A DNA stretch of 64,000 nucleotides from Puia sp. (GTDB lineage: Bacteria; Bacteroidota; Bacteroidia; Chitinophagales; Chitinophagaceae): the NCBI GenBank assembly GCA_035572015.1, contig DATNBP010000189.1:12979-76978 (forward strand). Direction: 5' to 3'. The notes beneath the pieces were generated by a model. That model had not been told where the DNA came from. It did not search any database and saw only the letters and a list, made by a program, of their open reading frames with translations. A program made the position numbers and the translations under genes. Position 1 is the first letter of the stretch; each line of letters begins with the position of its first letter. Positions 19,496-29,086 of the stretch are shown here, one piece after another.

Positions 19496-20947
19496 ATGAA
19501 GATTGCGGTTGCAAAGGGAGATGGGATAGGCCCGGAGATCATGGCGGCGGTGTTGCATATTTTCGATGCGGCGAAGGTTCCCCTGGAATATTCAATGGTG
19601 GAAATGGGGAAATGGGTCTTCGACAAGGGCTTCTCGAACGGCATGACACCGGAGGCGAAACTGACGATAGAAGACCTGGGCATACTCTTCAAAGGGCCGA
19701 TGGAGACGCCGAAAGGAAAAGGCGTCAAGAGCGTCAATGTCACGGCGCGCAAGACCTGGAACACATATGCCAACAAACGGGTGTTCCAGTCGCTGCATGG
19801 CGTCGACACCGTCTTCTCACGCGCGGGTATCCCCATCGACATCACGATCGTCAGGGAGAACATCGAGGATACCTACGGCGGGATCGAACACATGCTCACG
19901 CCGGATGTCGCGCTGAGCCGGCGGTTCATCACCCGGCCCGGAAGCCTGCAGGTGATCAAGTATGCTTTCGAGATGGCCAGGAAGAATGGTGCAAGGCGCA
20001 TTACCTGCGGCCATAAGGCCAATATCATGAAGCTGACGGACGGGCTCTTCCTCGAGTGCTTCCAGGAAGTCGCCAAAGAATATCCGGAACTGAAGTCGGA
20101 CGATGTGATCGTAGACGACCTGGCGATGAAGCTGGTCATCCGCCCGCAGGATTTCGACGTTGTGGTGCTGACCAATCTGCAGGGAGACATTATCTCCGAT
20201 CTCTGCGCCGGGCTGGTCGGCGGATTGGGATTCGCGCCCTCCGCCAATATTGGGGACCATATCGCCATCTTCGAAGCGGTCCACGGTACGGCGCCGGATA
20301 TCGCCGGAAAGAACATAGCGAATCCCACGGCCCTTTTATTGAGCGGGATCTCGATGCTTCGCCACCTCGGCCTGATGGAAAACGCGGCGATCGTCGAAAA
20401 TGCATTGCTCTATACGCTCGAGCAGGGCGTTCATACCGGCGATTTCGGGGACAAGTCGACGCCTGCGCTGAGCACCACCGATTTTGCGGAAGCGATCATC
20501 GTCAACTTCGGCAAGACACCGCAACATGGCGCCCGACCGATCCTGCCTAACATGCCGGTGACGACCACCGCATTCCGCCTGTCGCGCAATGAGATGATGG
20601 TGTCGGAGGATCTGCAGCAGGAAACGATCGTCGGCGTGGATTTTTTTATCGAAAGTTCCGAACAGCCGCAGTCGATCGCCAAAAAATGCCAGCGCCACGG
20701 CGGCGTCAAGTTCAACCTCATCAACATCAGCAACCGGGGAACACAGGTCTGGCCGACAGGGTCGGTGTATACCAACCTGGTTAACCAATATAACGTGCGC
20801 TTCGAAAGCATCGACGGCTCGCCCCTGAATCAGCAGGACGTGCTCGGGCTCTATGTAAGCCTGAGCGGCGACTTCAAGATCTGTTCGTCCGAGCTGCTGA
20901 ACCTGCTCGGCGATCGCAGAGCCTACTCGCTGGCGCAAGGCCAGTAA
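19496..20947 (+). CDS. icd: NADP-dependent isocitrate dehydrogenase with C-terminal extension
   Basis: GDGIGPEI, KSVNVT, RENIEDTY, HKANIMK, NLQGDIISD, FEAVHGTAPDIAG, ISNRGTQVWP. Confidence 0.93.
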   Translation: MKIAVAKGDGIGPEIMAAVLHIFDAAKVPLEYSMVEMGKWVFDKGFSNGMTPEAKLTIEDLGILFKGPMETPKGKGVKSVNVTARKTWNTYANKRVFQSLHGVDTVFSRAGIPIDITIVRENIEDTYGGIEHMLTPDVALSRRFITRPGSLQVIKYAFEMARKNGARRITCGHKANIMKLTDGLFLECFQEVAKEYPELKSDDVIVDDLAMKLVIRPQDFDVVVLTNLQGDIISDLCAGLVGGLGFAPSANIGDHIAIFEAVHGTAPDIAGKNIANPTALLLSGISMLRHLGLMENAAIVENALLYTLEQGVHTGDFGDKSTPALSTTDFAEAIIVNFGKTPQHGARPILPNMPVTTTAFRLSRNEMMVSEDLQQETIVGVDFFIESSEQPQSIAKKCQRHGGVKFNLINISNRGTQVWPTGSVYTNLVNQYNVRFESIDGSPLNQQDVLGLYVSLSGDFKICSSELLNLLGDRRAYSLAQGQ

Positions 20948-21056
20948 GGCGGTTTACCGGCGGACGCCGCATAGCAATCATCCGATATTCTGAAGATTCG
21001 CGGCAAACTGGCACGAAATTGGTGCCTTTTTCGTGCTTTCAACCGCGCGCACACCT

Positions 21057-21118
21057 TTCCCTTTCCCGTCGCATACCCCATTCCCTTTCCCGTCGCATAC
21101 CCCATTCCCTTTTGTCGC
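21057..21118. repeat. 24-bp tandem repeat, about 2.5 copies (TTCCCTTTCCCGTCGCATACCCCA)
   Basis: Exact copies at 21057-21080 and 21081-21104, partial degenerate third copy. Confidence 0.9.
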
Positions 21119-21183
21119 CGGATCATTTTCCGCTTCCCGCCATCCGGTCGGAAGCCCCTTTTTACAAACCAACCTGCCCCGCT

Positions 21184-22584
21184 ATGCCTCAATGCTACCA
21201 CTTGCGGCAAAAGGTTATCCTTTTGCCTGTCGCCTTCCTTTTGTTTATCACATCCGTCCACGCTCAACCCCAGGTTGACACAACGCTTACTGCCCGCAGT
21301 ATATCCACAGGTCCCAACAGCAACGGCTTTTACGAGTACCTCCCGAAGGGTTACGTCGAAGGGTCTGCGGAAACCTACCCGCTGATTGTCGCCCTCCACG
21401 GCATCAGCGAGCTGGGTAACGGTACCACGCAGTTGCCGCTGGTCCTCGACGACGGCTTGCCGATGTACATACAGAAACATGAATTTCCCGAAAGCTTCTC
21501 TTCCGGTGGTCACATCTATTCCTTTATCGTGATCCTCCCGCAATTTGTGGCCTGGCCCGTGGCGACGGACGTCGATGCGGTCATCAACTATGCCGAACAG
21601 CATTATCGCGTGGACAAAAACCGTATCTATTTGACAGGCCTCAGCATGGGCGGCGGCGCGGTCTGGGCATACGCTTCCAACAGCACCGGGTTTGCCAGCA
21701 AACTGGCGGCGATCTTTGTGGTGGCCGGCGCGCAGGCGCTGGGTGCGGGCGGGGCTGCCAATATTGCCCAGGCCAATCTGCCGGTTTTCGCGACCCATAA
21801 TATCGGCGATCCGACGGTACCTTATACAACGACGGTCGACAATGTGAACCTGATCAATGCATCGGTTCCCCCGCCGGTCGTCAGGGCGGTCGACACGATC
21901 TTCAACGCATCGGGACACGACGCTTGGACCAAATCCTTCAATCCGGCTACGATTTTCAGTTCCGGTCTGAACGCCTATCAATGGATGCTTCAGTTTTCGC
22001 GCAGCGGTATTTCCGCACCGCTTCCCGTGTCGCTGACGAGATACACCGCGATACCCACACCCGACGACGACGCTGTGACGGTCGACTGGACGACGGCCAT
22101 GGAACAAAACAATGCGTACTTCGTGCTGCAACGGTCCGGAGACGGAAAGCGCTTCGACAACCTCGACACGATCCGGCCCGTGACGCCAGGCTCGGCTACG
22201 CCGCGCGCCTATACTTATATCGATCCCGCTCCGCTTCCGGGGAACAATTTTTATCGGCTGACACAGACGGACAAAGACGGCAAGTTGACCTACTACGGAG
22301 TGCTCGAAGTAACGATTACCGGCGATGGCGGCAAGGCTGCATTCCGCATCAGCCCGAATCCCTGCACCGATCATTTGTCTCTCCGGTTGAGCGACCCCGC
22401 CACCGGTCAGCTAGGGATCGAAGTCATTAACGCGGGCGGCAGCGTGTTGCGCCGGTGGACGGCTGAAAAGGAAGGAACCGGGTGGTCTGGCGATTTTGGC
22501 GTGGCAGGTCTTGCCCCGGGCCAATATTTTGTCCGGGTGACCGTCGGTAACAGCCGACACGTGAAACCGTTTATCAAACTTTGA
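21184..22584 (+). CDS. T9SS-secreted alpha/beta-hydrolase (esterase/peptidase-like) with type A CTD
   Basis: Signal peptide, VALHG, GLSMGG nucleophile, D in GDPTVP, H in GHDAW, PLPVSL linker, CTD with ISPNP...GQYFVRV...KPFIKL. Start moved to ATG 21184. Confidence 0.85.
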   Translation: MPQCYHLRQKVILLPVAFLLFITSVHAQPQVDTTLTARSISTGPNSNGFYEYLPKGYVEGSAETYPLIVALHGISELGNGTTQLPLVLDDGLPMYIQKHEFPESFSSGGHIYSFIVILPQFVAWPVATDVDAVINYAEQHYRVDKNRIYLTGLSMGGGAVWAYASNSTGFASKLAAIFVVAGAQALGAGGAANIAQANLPVFATHNIGDPTVPYTTTVDNVNLINASVPPPVVRAVDTIFNASGHDAWTKSFNPATIFSSGLNAYQWMLQFSRSGISAPLPVSLTRYTAIPTPDDDAVTVDWTTAMEQNNAYFVLQRSGDGKRFDNLDTIRPVTPGSATPRAYTYIDPAPLPGNNFYRLTQTDKDGKLTYYGVLEVTITGDGGKAAFRISPNPCTDHLSLRLSDPATGQLGIEVINAGGSVLRRWTAEKEGTGWSGDFGVAGLAPGQYFVRVTVGNSRHVKPFIKL

Positions 22585-22637
22585 TCGGAAGTCGAAAATT
22601 TTTCTGGAGTCGCCGGCGACCGGCCGCGGGGTATTGA

Positions 22638-22976
22638 TTAGAAGCGCCTCGTGGCCGTAAAGCCTTTTCCCGTCAGCCATTGCGTGACCCTGTCACGCTG
22701 ATCGCCCTGGATAATGATCAGGCCGTCTTTCACCGACCCGCCCGTACCGCAATGCGTTTTCAACTGGCGGCCCATTTCTTCAAGATCGGCCGCCGGACCG
22801 ATCCAGCCTTCGACGAAGGTGACCGCCTTCCCGGCGCGCTGCCGGGTATCCAGCCGGACTTTCAATCGCTGCTGTCGCGGCTCGGGGCGCTCCTCGGGAA
22901 CGGACTCCTCTTCCTGCCGGAAATGGGGATCCGTCGAATAGACGATGCCGTGACTGTTGGGTTTCTTCTTACTCAT
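22638..22976 (-). CDS. yciH: Translation initiation factor SUI1/YciH
   Basis: IVYSTDP, RAGKAVT, LKTHCGTGGSVKDG, IQGDQR. Confidence 0.92.
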   Translation of the reverse strand: MSKKKPNSHGIVYSTDPHFRQEEESVPEERPEPRQQRLKVRLDTRQRAGKAVTFVEGWIGPAADLEEMGRQLKTHCGTGGSVKDGLIIIQGDQRDRVTQWLTGKGFTATRRF

Positions 22977-22982
22977 TGCTTT

Positions 22983-23840
22983 TTATGTTAACGTCACCGC
23001 CTTGAGGCTCAGGTCCAGGCTTTTGGCCTGGTGAATGAGGGCGCCGACGCTGACATAGTCGACACCCGTGCGGGCAAATTCTTCGATATTCCCCAGATGA
23101 ATGCCGCCGCTTGCCTCCGTCTCGAACCGGCCCCCGATAAGAGACAAGGCCTCCGCCAGTTGCCGGGGCGTGAAATTGTCGAGCATGATCCGGTCTACCA
23201 TTCCAACCGCGAGCACGCGTCGCACTTCCGCGACATTGCGTGTCTCCACCTCGATCTTCAACTGCGGCTTGTACGTCTGCCGGTACGTGAATGCTTTTTC
23301 AATGGCGGCTTCCAGGCTGCCGGCATAGTCGATATGGTTGTCCTTGAGCAGGATCATATCGAATAGTCCGAAACGATTGTTGAGGCCGCCGCCGATCCGC
23401 ACCGCTTCCTTCTCCAGCAACCGGAAATTAGGCGTTGTCTTGCGGGTATCGAGAATGCGCGTCCGGTAGCGCTGCAACTTGTCGACATATTGCCTGGTCA
23501 GCGTGGCGATCCCGCTCATCCGTTGCATGCAGTTCAGGATAAGACGTTCGCATTGGAGGATGGTATGGATGCCGGCCTCGGCCACGAAGGCCTCTTCCCC
23601 GTCGCGCATGGCGTCGCCATCCTGTTTGTATGCCGTGAAGCTGGCGCCCGGCTCCTTTATCTTCAGGATCTTTTCGGCTATTTCCATCCCAGCCAGGATG
23701 CCGTCCTGTTTGATGTGCAGGACAGCCTTCCCGCGCGCCTGGGGGGGGATACACGCAAGTGTGCTGTGGTCGCCGTCGCCAACGTCTTCCTGCAACGCGT
23801 TGAGGACAAGTAATTGCAATTGCTCGTCAAATTTGGACAT
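22983..23840 (-). CDS. nadC: Nicotinate-nucleotide diphosphorylase (carboxylating)
   Basis: EDVGDGDHST, RMSGIAT, DTRKTTP, LKDNH, IEVE, MLDNF, EASGG. Confidence 0.96.
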   Translation of the reverse strand: MSKFDEQLQLLVLNALQEDVGDGDHSTLACIPPQARGKAVLHIKQDGILAGMEIAEKILKIKEPGASFTAYKQDGDAMRDGEEAFVAEAGIHTILQCERLILNCMQRMSGIATLTRQYVDKLQRYRTRILDTRKTTPNFRLLEKEAVRIGGGLNNRFGLFDMILLKDNHIDYAGSLEAAIEKAFTYRQTYKPQLKIEVETRNVAEVRRVLAVGMVDRIMLDNFTPRQLAEALSLIGGRFETEASGGIHLGNIEEFARTGVDYVSVGALIHQAKSLDLSLKAVTLT

Positions 23841-23970
23841 GCCGCAAATGTAGGTAAAAAGGCCGACGGGGATGTTGAGCCGTTATCAGCGGGCCGTGGG
23901 CCGGGATCAGCCGACGCGGACCCGGCATCGGCGCAAGGCCAGGGCGCCGGCGGAAGGAAATGCGGTGTCT

Positions 23971-24357
23971 TCAGTTCACCTGGAATCGCAATTCCTGCAG
24001 TAGTTGACGGTCTCCCTTCTGCCGCGTGAACAGCGTCGTCCGGTAATCTCCGTTGCGGGTCTGCAACACCCCCACACAGTATTCGGTGCCGCCGCTGAAG
24101 CCCATCTTTCTGACCACGAAGTTGCGAACGCCATTCGTGGAAAAGAAGTCGCGGATGATCATTTCGGCCTGGATCTTACTGTAACTGTCGTTCTTATCGG
24201 GGAGGTAAATGTCGACCCGGCTGTCAAGATACCGGGAGAGTTCGCCGGCATTGCCGAGCCGGATAGCAGTAGTAATGTCGTCAAGCGAATACGTAGGGCG
24301 GAAGGAAACCAGCGTTAGCGCAAGGGTAACTGCCAGAAACCCCAGTATGCCTTTCAT
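23971..24357 (-). CDS. DUF4783-like secreted protein
   Basis: Signal peptide, AIRLGNAGELSRYL, YSKIQAEMIIRDFF, neighbour of nadC. Confidence 0.78.
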   Translation of the reverse strand: MKGILGFLAVTLALTLVSFRPTYSLDDITTAIRLGNAGELSRYLDSRVDIYLPDKNDSYSKIQAEMIIRDFFSTNGVRNFVVRKMGFSGGTEYCVGVLQTRNGDYRTTLFTRQKGDRQLLQELRFQVN

Positions 24358-24499
24358 ATAATAGAATATTAGTCGCGCTGCTTAATCCCAAATCTGTGCC
24401 AAAATGCTATTCAGGCATTAAAATACCGCTTTGCGGGTACCAACGCAGCCTATTATGCCCTACATTTGCGGCGACAACCCGATTTAAACTGCTCTTTTT

Positions 24500-26026
24500 A
24501 TGTCAAGCAAGAAGAAAGTCATCCTGGTGATCATGGACGGCTGGGGCCTGGGCAGCCAGGAATCGGCCGATGCCATCCGGCATGCCGATACGCCTTTTGT
24601 CAATTCCCTGTACGGTGCTTATCCTCATACGACGCTGGTGACATATGGCGAAGAAGTAGGGTTGCCGAAAGGCCAGATGGGCAATTCCGAGGTCGGCCAT
24701 CTCAACCTGGGCGCCGGCCGGATCGTCAACCAGGAACTCCAGCGGATCAATGTGGCCGTTCGCGATGGCTCCTTCGCCCGCAACGCCGCATTGCTGGCTG
24801 CGATCCGTGGGGCTAAGACCGCGGGCAAGCCGCTGCACCTGCTGGGCCTCGTGAGCGACGGAGGCGTGCATTCGCATCTTCGCCACCTGAAGGCGATCGT
24901 GGACTGCTGCCTGCAGGAAGGTTTGCATGAGGTGTATGTGCATGTCTTCACCGACGGCCGCGATACCGACCCGAAAAGCGGTCTTGGTTTTGTCCGCGAC
25001 CTGCAGGCCTACCTGGCGCGAACGACGGGAAAGATCGCAACCGTCAGCGGCCGCTACTACGCGATGGACCGCGACAAACGCTGGGAGCGTGTCCGGCTCG
25101 CGTATGATGCCATGGTGCTCGGGCAGGGGCCGCATTCGACGGATGCACTGGCGGCCATCGAACAATCCTATCTTTCCGGTGTAACCGACGAATTCATCAA
25201 GCCTACGGTGATCGTCGGCGAGGACGGCAATCCGCTAGCTGCTATTCGGGACGGGGACTACGCGCTTTGCTTCAATTTCCGCACCGATCGTTGTCGGGAG
25301 ATCACCGAAGTCCTGACGCAAACCGATATCCCGGACCAGGGGATGAAAAAGGTATCGCTGCACTACACGACGATGACCCAGTATGACCAGCAGTTCAGGA
25401 ACGTGCACATCATTTTTGAGAACGACGATTTGAAAAATACGCTTGGCGAGATCGTCGCCCGCAGCGGGTTACGGCAGATCCGGATCGCCGAGACCGAGAA
25501 ATATCCGCATGTCAGCTTTTTCTTCAGCGGCGGGCGGGAGCAGCCATTCGAAGGCGAGCGGCGGATCATGATCCCTTCTCCCAAAGTAGCCACCTACGAC
25601 CTGCAACCCGAAATGAGCGCAATCGAGCTGACCGACGCGATCGTGCCGGAGATCCGGAGCGGGAGCGCCGACTTTATTTGTCTCAACTATGCCAACGCCG
25701 ATATGGTCGGCCATACCGGGGTCTGGAAAGCGGCCATCAAGGCGGCCGAGACGGTCGACAAATGCGTGGAAAGGGTGGTCAATGCGGCGCTGGCAGCGGG
25801 CTACACGGTCTTCCTCACCGCCGACCATGGCAACGCCGATTTTATGATCAATGCGGACGGCACCCCGAACACCGCACACACCATGAATCCGGTCCCCCTC
25901 TTTATCATCGACAAGGTCTGGAAAGGGAAGATCCGGAGCGGGAAACTGGGTGATCTGGCGCCTACCATTTTGACAATTATGGGATTACCCATCCCACCCG
26001 AGATGACCGGCAAAGTCCTTATCTGA
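24500..26026 (+). CDS. gpmI: 2,3-bisphosphoglycerate-independent phosphoglycerate mutase
   Basis: IMDGWG, GQMGNSEVGH, SDGGVHSH, DGRDT, GRYYAMDRD, DMVGHTG, TADHGN. Confidence 0.97.
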   Translation: MSSKKKVILVIMDGWGLGSQESADAIRHADTPFVNSLYGAYPHTTLVTYGEEVGLPKGQMGNSEVGHLNLGAGRIVNQELQRINVAVRDGSFARNAALLAAIRGAKTAGKPLHLLGLVSDGGVHSHLRHLKAIVDCCLQEGLHEVYVHVFTDGRDTDPKSGLGFVRDLQAYLARTTGKIATVSGRYYAMDRDKRWERVRLAYDAMVLGQGPHSTDALAAIEQSYLSGVTDEFIKPTVIVGEDGNPLAAIRDGDYALCFNFRTDRCREITEVLTQTDIPDQGMKKVSLHYTTMTQYDQQFRNVHIIFENDDLKNTLGEIVARSGLRQIRIAETEKYPHVSFFFSGGREQPFEGERRIMIPSPKVATYDLQPEMSAIELTDAIVPEIRSGSADFICLNYANADMVGHTGVWKAAIKAAETVDKCVERVVNAALAAGYTVFLTADHGNADFMINADGTPNTAHTMNPVPLFIIDKVWKGKIRSGKLGDLAPTILTIMGLPIPPEMTGKVLI

Positions 26027-26112
26027 CGCTGGTTTCATAGGTCTTTTTTTTTCAAAGACGCAGCTTTACTTCGTTAAAATTGTCTAAATTACAGGGCAAC
26101 AACGCGGTTAGT

Positions 26113-26688
26113 ATGACCGAAGACGCCATTTTACAAGGCTGTTTGAAAAATCTGGCCAGTGCCCAACGGGAGCTGTACAACCGATACAGTCCAAAGATGC
26201 TGGCCGTCTGCTACCGGTTCGCCCACAACAGGGAAGACGCTGAGGACATGTTACAGGAAGGTTTTATCAAGGTGTTTTCCCAGATACACACCTTTCAGAA
26301 CAAAGGTGCGTTCGAAGGTTGGATCAGGCGGATCATCGTTCATACCTGTATCAACAACCTGAAAAAGAACAAGCGGTTTAACGAAAGTCTGGACATTGTG
26401 CATGCGCACGGCGTCCAGGTAAGGGAAGAAAGCGTTCCTTCGATCGTACAGGCCAAACAGATCGTGGAATGCATCCGCATCCTGCCGATCGGCTACAGGA
26501 CCGTGCTGAACCTGTACGCGATAGAAGGCTATTCTCACAGGGAGATCGCCGATATGCTGGATATCGAGGAGAGCACCAGCCGGTCGCAGTATACGAGGGC
26601 CAAACAAATGCTGGAGGATATCCTGATCCGTAAGAATATCCTGGCCAGACCGAAAGAAAAACCCGGGTGGTTGATAGCGGTCCAATGA
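26113..26688 (+). CDS. ECF RNA polymerase sigma-70 factor
   Basis: AQRELY, DAEDMLQEGF, FEGWIRRI, LPIGYRTVLNLYAIEGYSHREIA, STSRSQY. ATG 26113 preferred over TTG 26080. Confidence 0.93.
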   Translation: MTEDAILQGCLKNLASAQRELYNRYSPKMLAVCYRFAHNREDAEDMLQEGFIKVFSQIHTFQNKGAFEGWIRRIIVHTCINNLKKNKRFNESLDIVHAHGVQVREESVPSIVQAKQIVECIRILPIGYRTVLNLYAIEGYSHREIADMLDIEESTSRSQYTRAKQMLEDILIRKNILARPKEKPGWLIAVQ

Positions 26689-26727
26689 GGATCCGATCCA
26701 TGAAAACATCCAAAAACTGATTGAGCA

Positions 26728-28443
26728 ATGAAGGATAGCAGCTTCCATAGTGGCGAATTTGAAGAACTGATCAGGGAGAAGACAGAACAATATAAAATGT
26801 ACCCTTCCGAAAACGTTTGGAGGGGTGTTCACAATTCTTTACATACCAGGCGCAAGTGGTTCATCGGTTCCATGGCATTTCTGGTAACGGGGATCCTGTT
26901 CTTCTCCGGCAGGGAACTGCTGACGCCCAATCGCACCGTTACCCGCAAACTCGCTGCCAGCGCGGTTTCCATCGATAACCCCATCACGGACCCCGGCTCG
27001 GCCGCTCAACCCGAAGACAATTCCCGGAATAATTTCGTCCGCGTTCGTACTGCCGGAGCGATAGCCGGCGGCCGGCATGCCGTTGGCCCGGTACCCGCCG
27101 GGACCGACCAGCAGGAGGCGGATCAGCCGATCAATCACCTGGCCATATCCGTTAGCCACCCCGTAGTCAGCCGGCCGGACCTCTCGGAACTGCTGAGCCA
27201 GGCCGTCGCGCTACCGGGTGAAGCGCCGGCGCTGATCGCTGCCCGCGGATCGGCGGCAGGAACGATGCCGAAAGCGCCTGAGCCCTCGCAGCAGGGGACG
27301 GGATTGCTGGATAGCTGGCTCGCCCGCAACGCACCCGACAATGCCACCACGCGCCGCGCGGATGCCTCCACGGGGCGCAACGCCGCGGACGCCGGCCGCG
27401 AGACCGCCGGGATCGCCGGGTCGAGGGAATCCGGCCGCGATCTTGAAGATGATAATACGGTACGCGGTGTGCTGGAAAGCCTCAGCGCCCGGGGCGCGCA
27501 AAGAGCCCGCACGTATGGCAAGCTGGCATCCGATCAGTCGGCGCCCGGCGGGACGGCTTCCCGGACCATCCGCGATTCCTCCGGGGCCGCGCCCGTATCG
27601 GCCGGCGCGGTGGGCGAAGAATCGGACCTTTCGCGGGTCAACTGGCTCCATGACTATGCCGTATATACGCTGCCGCAAAGCCCCAACCGGGGCCGCTGGT
27701 TCATTCAGTTGAACCTCGCGCCGACCATCAATTTCCGGAACCTTTCGGGGGGCACGATGGCCCCTTCCAAGGGATCGGGCGGATCGGTCGTCAACTTTAT
27801 GCCCGGAGATGCGCAGAGCTGGGTTGATCATTCCCCGGGCTATGGTTTCGAATTCGGTGGCAACGTGCTATACCGTGCTACGCGGAACCTCACGCTGAAA
27901 GCTGGTCTCCAGTTCGACTACAGCCGCTATAAGATGCTGGCCTATACGACTGGGCCGCAGCAGCAGGGCTCGGTCTACCGGACACCGCTCGGCAACTACC
28001 TCTACATGGATTCGCTCTTCGTCGCGGCGCCCGTATCGGTCAATGGCGGCCCAATCCTGCCCAACCCCGTGCAGGCAACATTATACAACAATTATTACCA
28101 GTTGTCGGCGCCTGTCGGTTTCGAGTTGCGCGTCCTGGGCAATGAACGCTTGCAGTTCAACATCGGCGCCACCGTCCAACCCAGTTATCTGCTCAACACC
28201 GACGCCTATGTCGTGACCTCGGATTACACCAGCTACACAAAGGCGCCTTCCTTCTTCCGCAGGTGGAACGTCACGGGTGGCGTCGAGGCCTTCCTCTCCT
28301 ATCAGACCGGTCCTGTCCGCTGGCAGATCGGCCCCGAGTTCCGCTACCAGCTCTTCTCCTCCTATAACAGCGGACCCTACCCGATCAGCGAGAACCTCCG
28401 GGGGTATGGCCTGAAGATCGGGATCACGAAACCGCTGCCATAA
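26728..28443 (+). CDS. Putative anti-sigma factor: N-terminal anti-sigma-like domain, TM, disordered linker, C-terminal outer-membrane beta-barrel
   Basis: FEELIREK...PSENVWRGV, TM WFIGSMAFLVTGILFF, Ala/Gly/Pro/Ser-rich linker, alternating beta-strands (YQLSAPVGFEL, FNIGATVQPSY, WQIGPEFRYQL, YGLKIGIT). Confidence 0.7.
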   Translation: MKDSSFHSGEFEELIREKTEQYKMYPSENVWRGVHNSLHTRRKWFIGSMAFLVTGILFFSGRELLTPNRTVTRKLAASAVSIDNPITDPGSAAQPEDNSRNNFVRVRTAGAIAGGRHAVGPVPAGTDQQEADQPINHLAISVSHPVVSRPDLSELLSQAVALPGEAPALIAARGSAAGTMPKAPEPSQQGTGLLDSWLARNAPDNATTRRADASTGRNAADAGRETAGIAGSRESGRDLEDDNTVRGVLESLSARGAQRARTYGKLASDQSAPGGTASRTIRDSSGAAPVSAGAVGEESDLSRVNWLHDYAVYTLPQSPNRGRWFIQLNLAPTINFRNLSGGTMAPSKGSGGSVVNFMPGDAQSWVDHSPGYGFEFGGNVLYRATRNLTLKAGLQFDYSRYKMLAYTTGPQQQGSVYRTPLGNYLYMDSLFVAAPVSVNGGPILPNPVQATLYNNYYQLSAPVGFELRVLGNERLQFNIGATVQPSYLLNTDAYVVTSDYTSYTKAPSFFRRWNVTGGVEAFLSYQTGPVRWQIGPEFRYQLFSSYNSGPYPISENLRGYGLKIGITKPLP

Positions 28444-28463
28444 ACTTTTCGTAATTTTACCGG

Positions 28464-29078
28464 ATGAGAAATGTCTTACTGGCCGCCTGTCTCGCCGGCA
28501 TATCGCTGCTGTCCGGCGCCTGCGGCACGCATTCAGGACCGGCCGGGGACGGCCCCGCGGACTCGACGGCGCAACAGGATTCCGGCACGAAGTTCTATTT
28601 TCCGGTCGCCGACATCCTGGAGTCCGAGATCCGGACGGCTGATTCCCTGCCGATGGCAAAAAAGGAATACGTCATCCATAACGGCCGGACCGACTCCGGC
28701 TATCTCCAACCGGCGGAATTCCATGCACTGGCGATGCGGTTCCTCGCGCCGGAGTTGCGTGACGGCAGTTTTGAAAAGGATTTTACCGAAAACTCCTTTA
28801 TAGACAACACGACCCGGGAGGCCACTTTTACTTATTCCACCACCGACGCGAACCTGCCGCTCAGACGGGTCGATGTCGTGACGGCGCCGGAAGGCGCCGT
28901 CCACCGGATGAAAAGCATTTACCTGGAAAGAAAGAGGGTCTCGGGGGACAGCACCATTTTTGACAAAATGTACTGGCGGGCCGGCACTGGCTTTGAGGTC
29001 ATTAGCCTCGCCGGCAAAAAAGGCGGAACGCCGGCCGAGCAACGGTTGAAAGTGGAGTGGGGAGGAGACAATGAATAA
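28464..29078 (+). CDS. Hypothetical lipoprotein
   Basis: Lipobox LSGAC after hydrophobic signal, GC3-biased codons. Confidence 0.7.
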   Translation: MRNVLLAACLAGISLLSGACGTHSGPAGDGPADSTAQQDSGTKFYFPVADILESEIRTADSLPMAKKEYVIHNGRTDSGYLQPAEFHALAMRFLAPELRDGSFEKDFTENSFIDNTTREATFTYSTTDANLPLRRVDVVTAPEGAVHRMKSIYLERKRVSGDSTIFDKMYWRAGTGFEVISLAGKKGGTPAEQRLKVEWGGDNE

Positions 29079-29086
29079 GGAATACC

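Noticed and set aside
21057-21118. Possible CRISPR array
   Set aside because: Head-to-tail repeats with no spacers and no cas genes.
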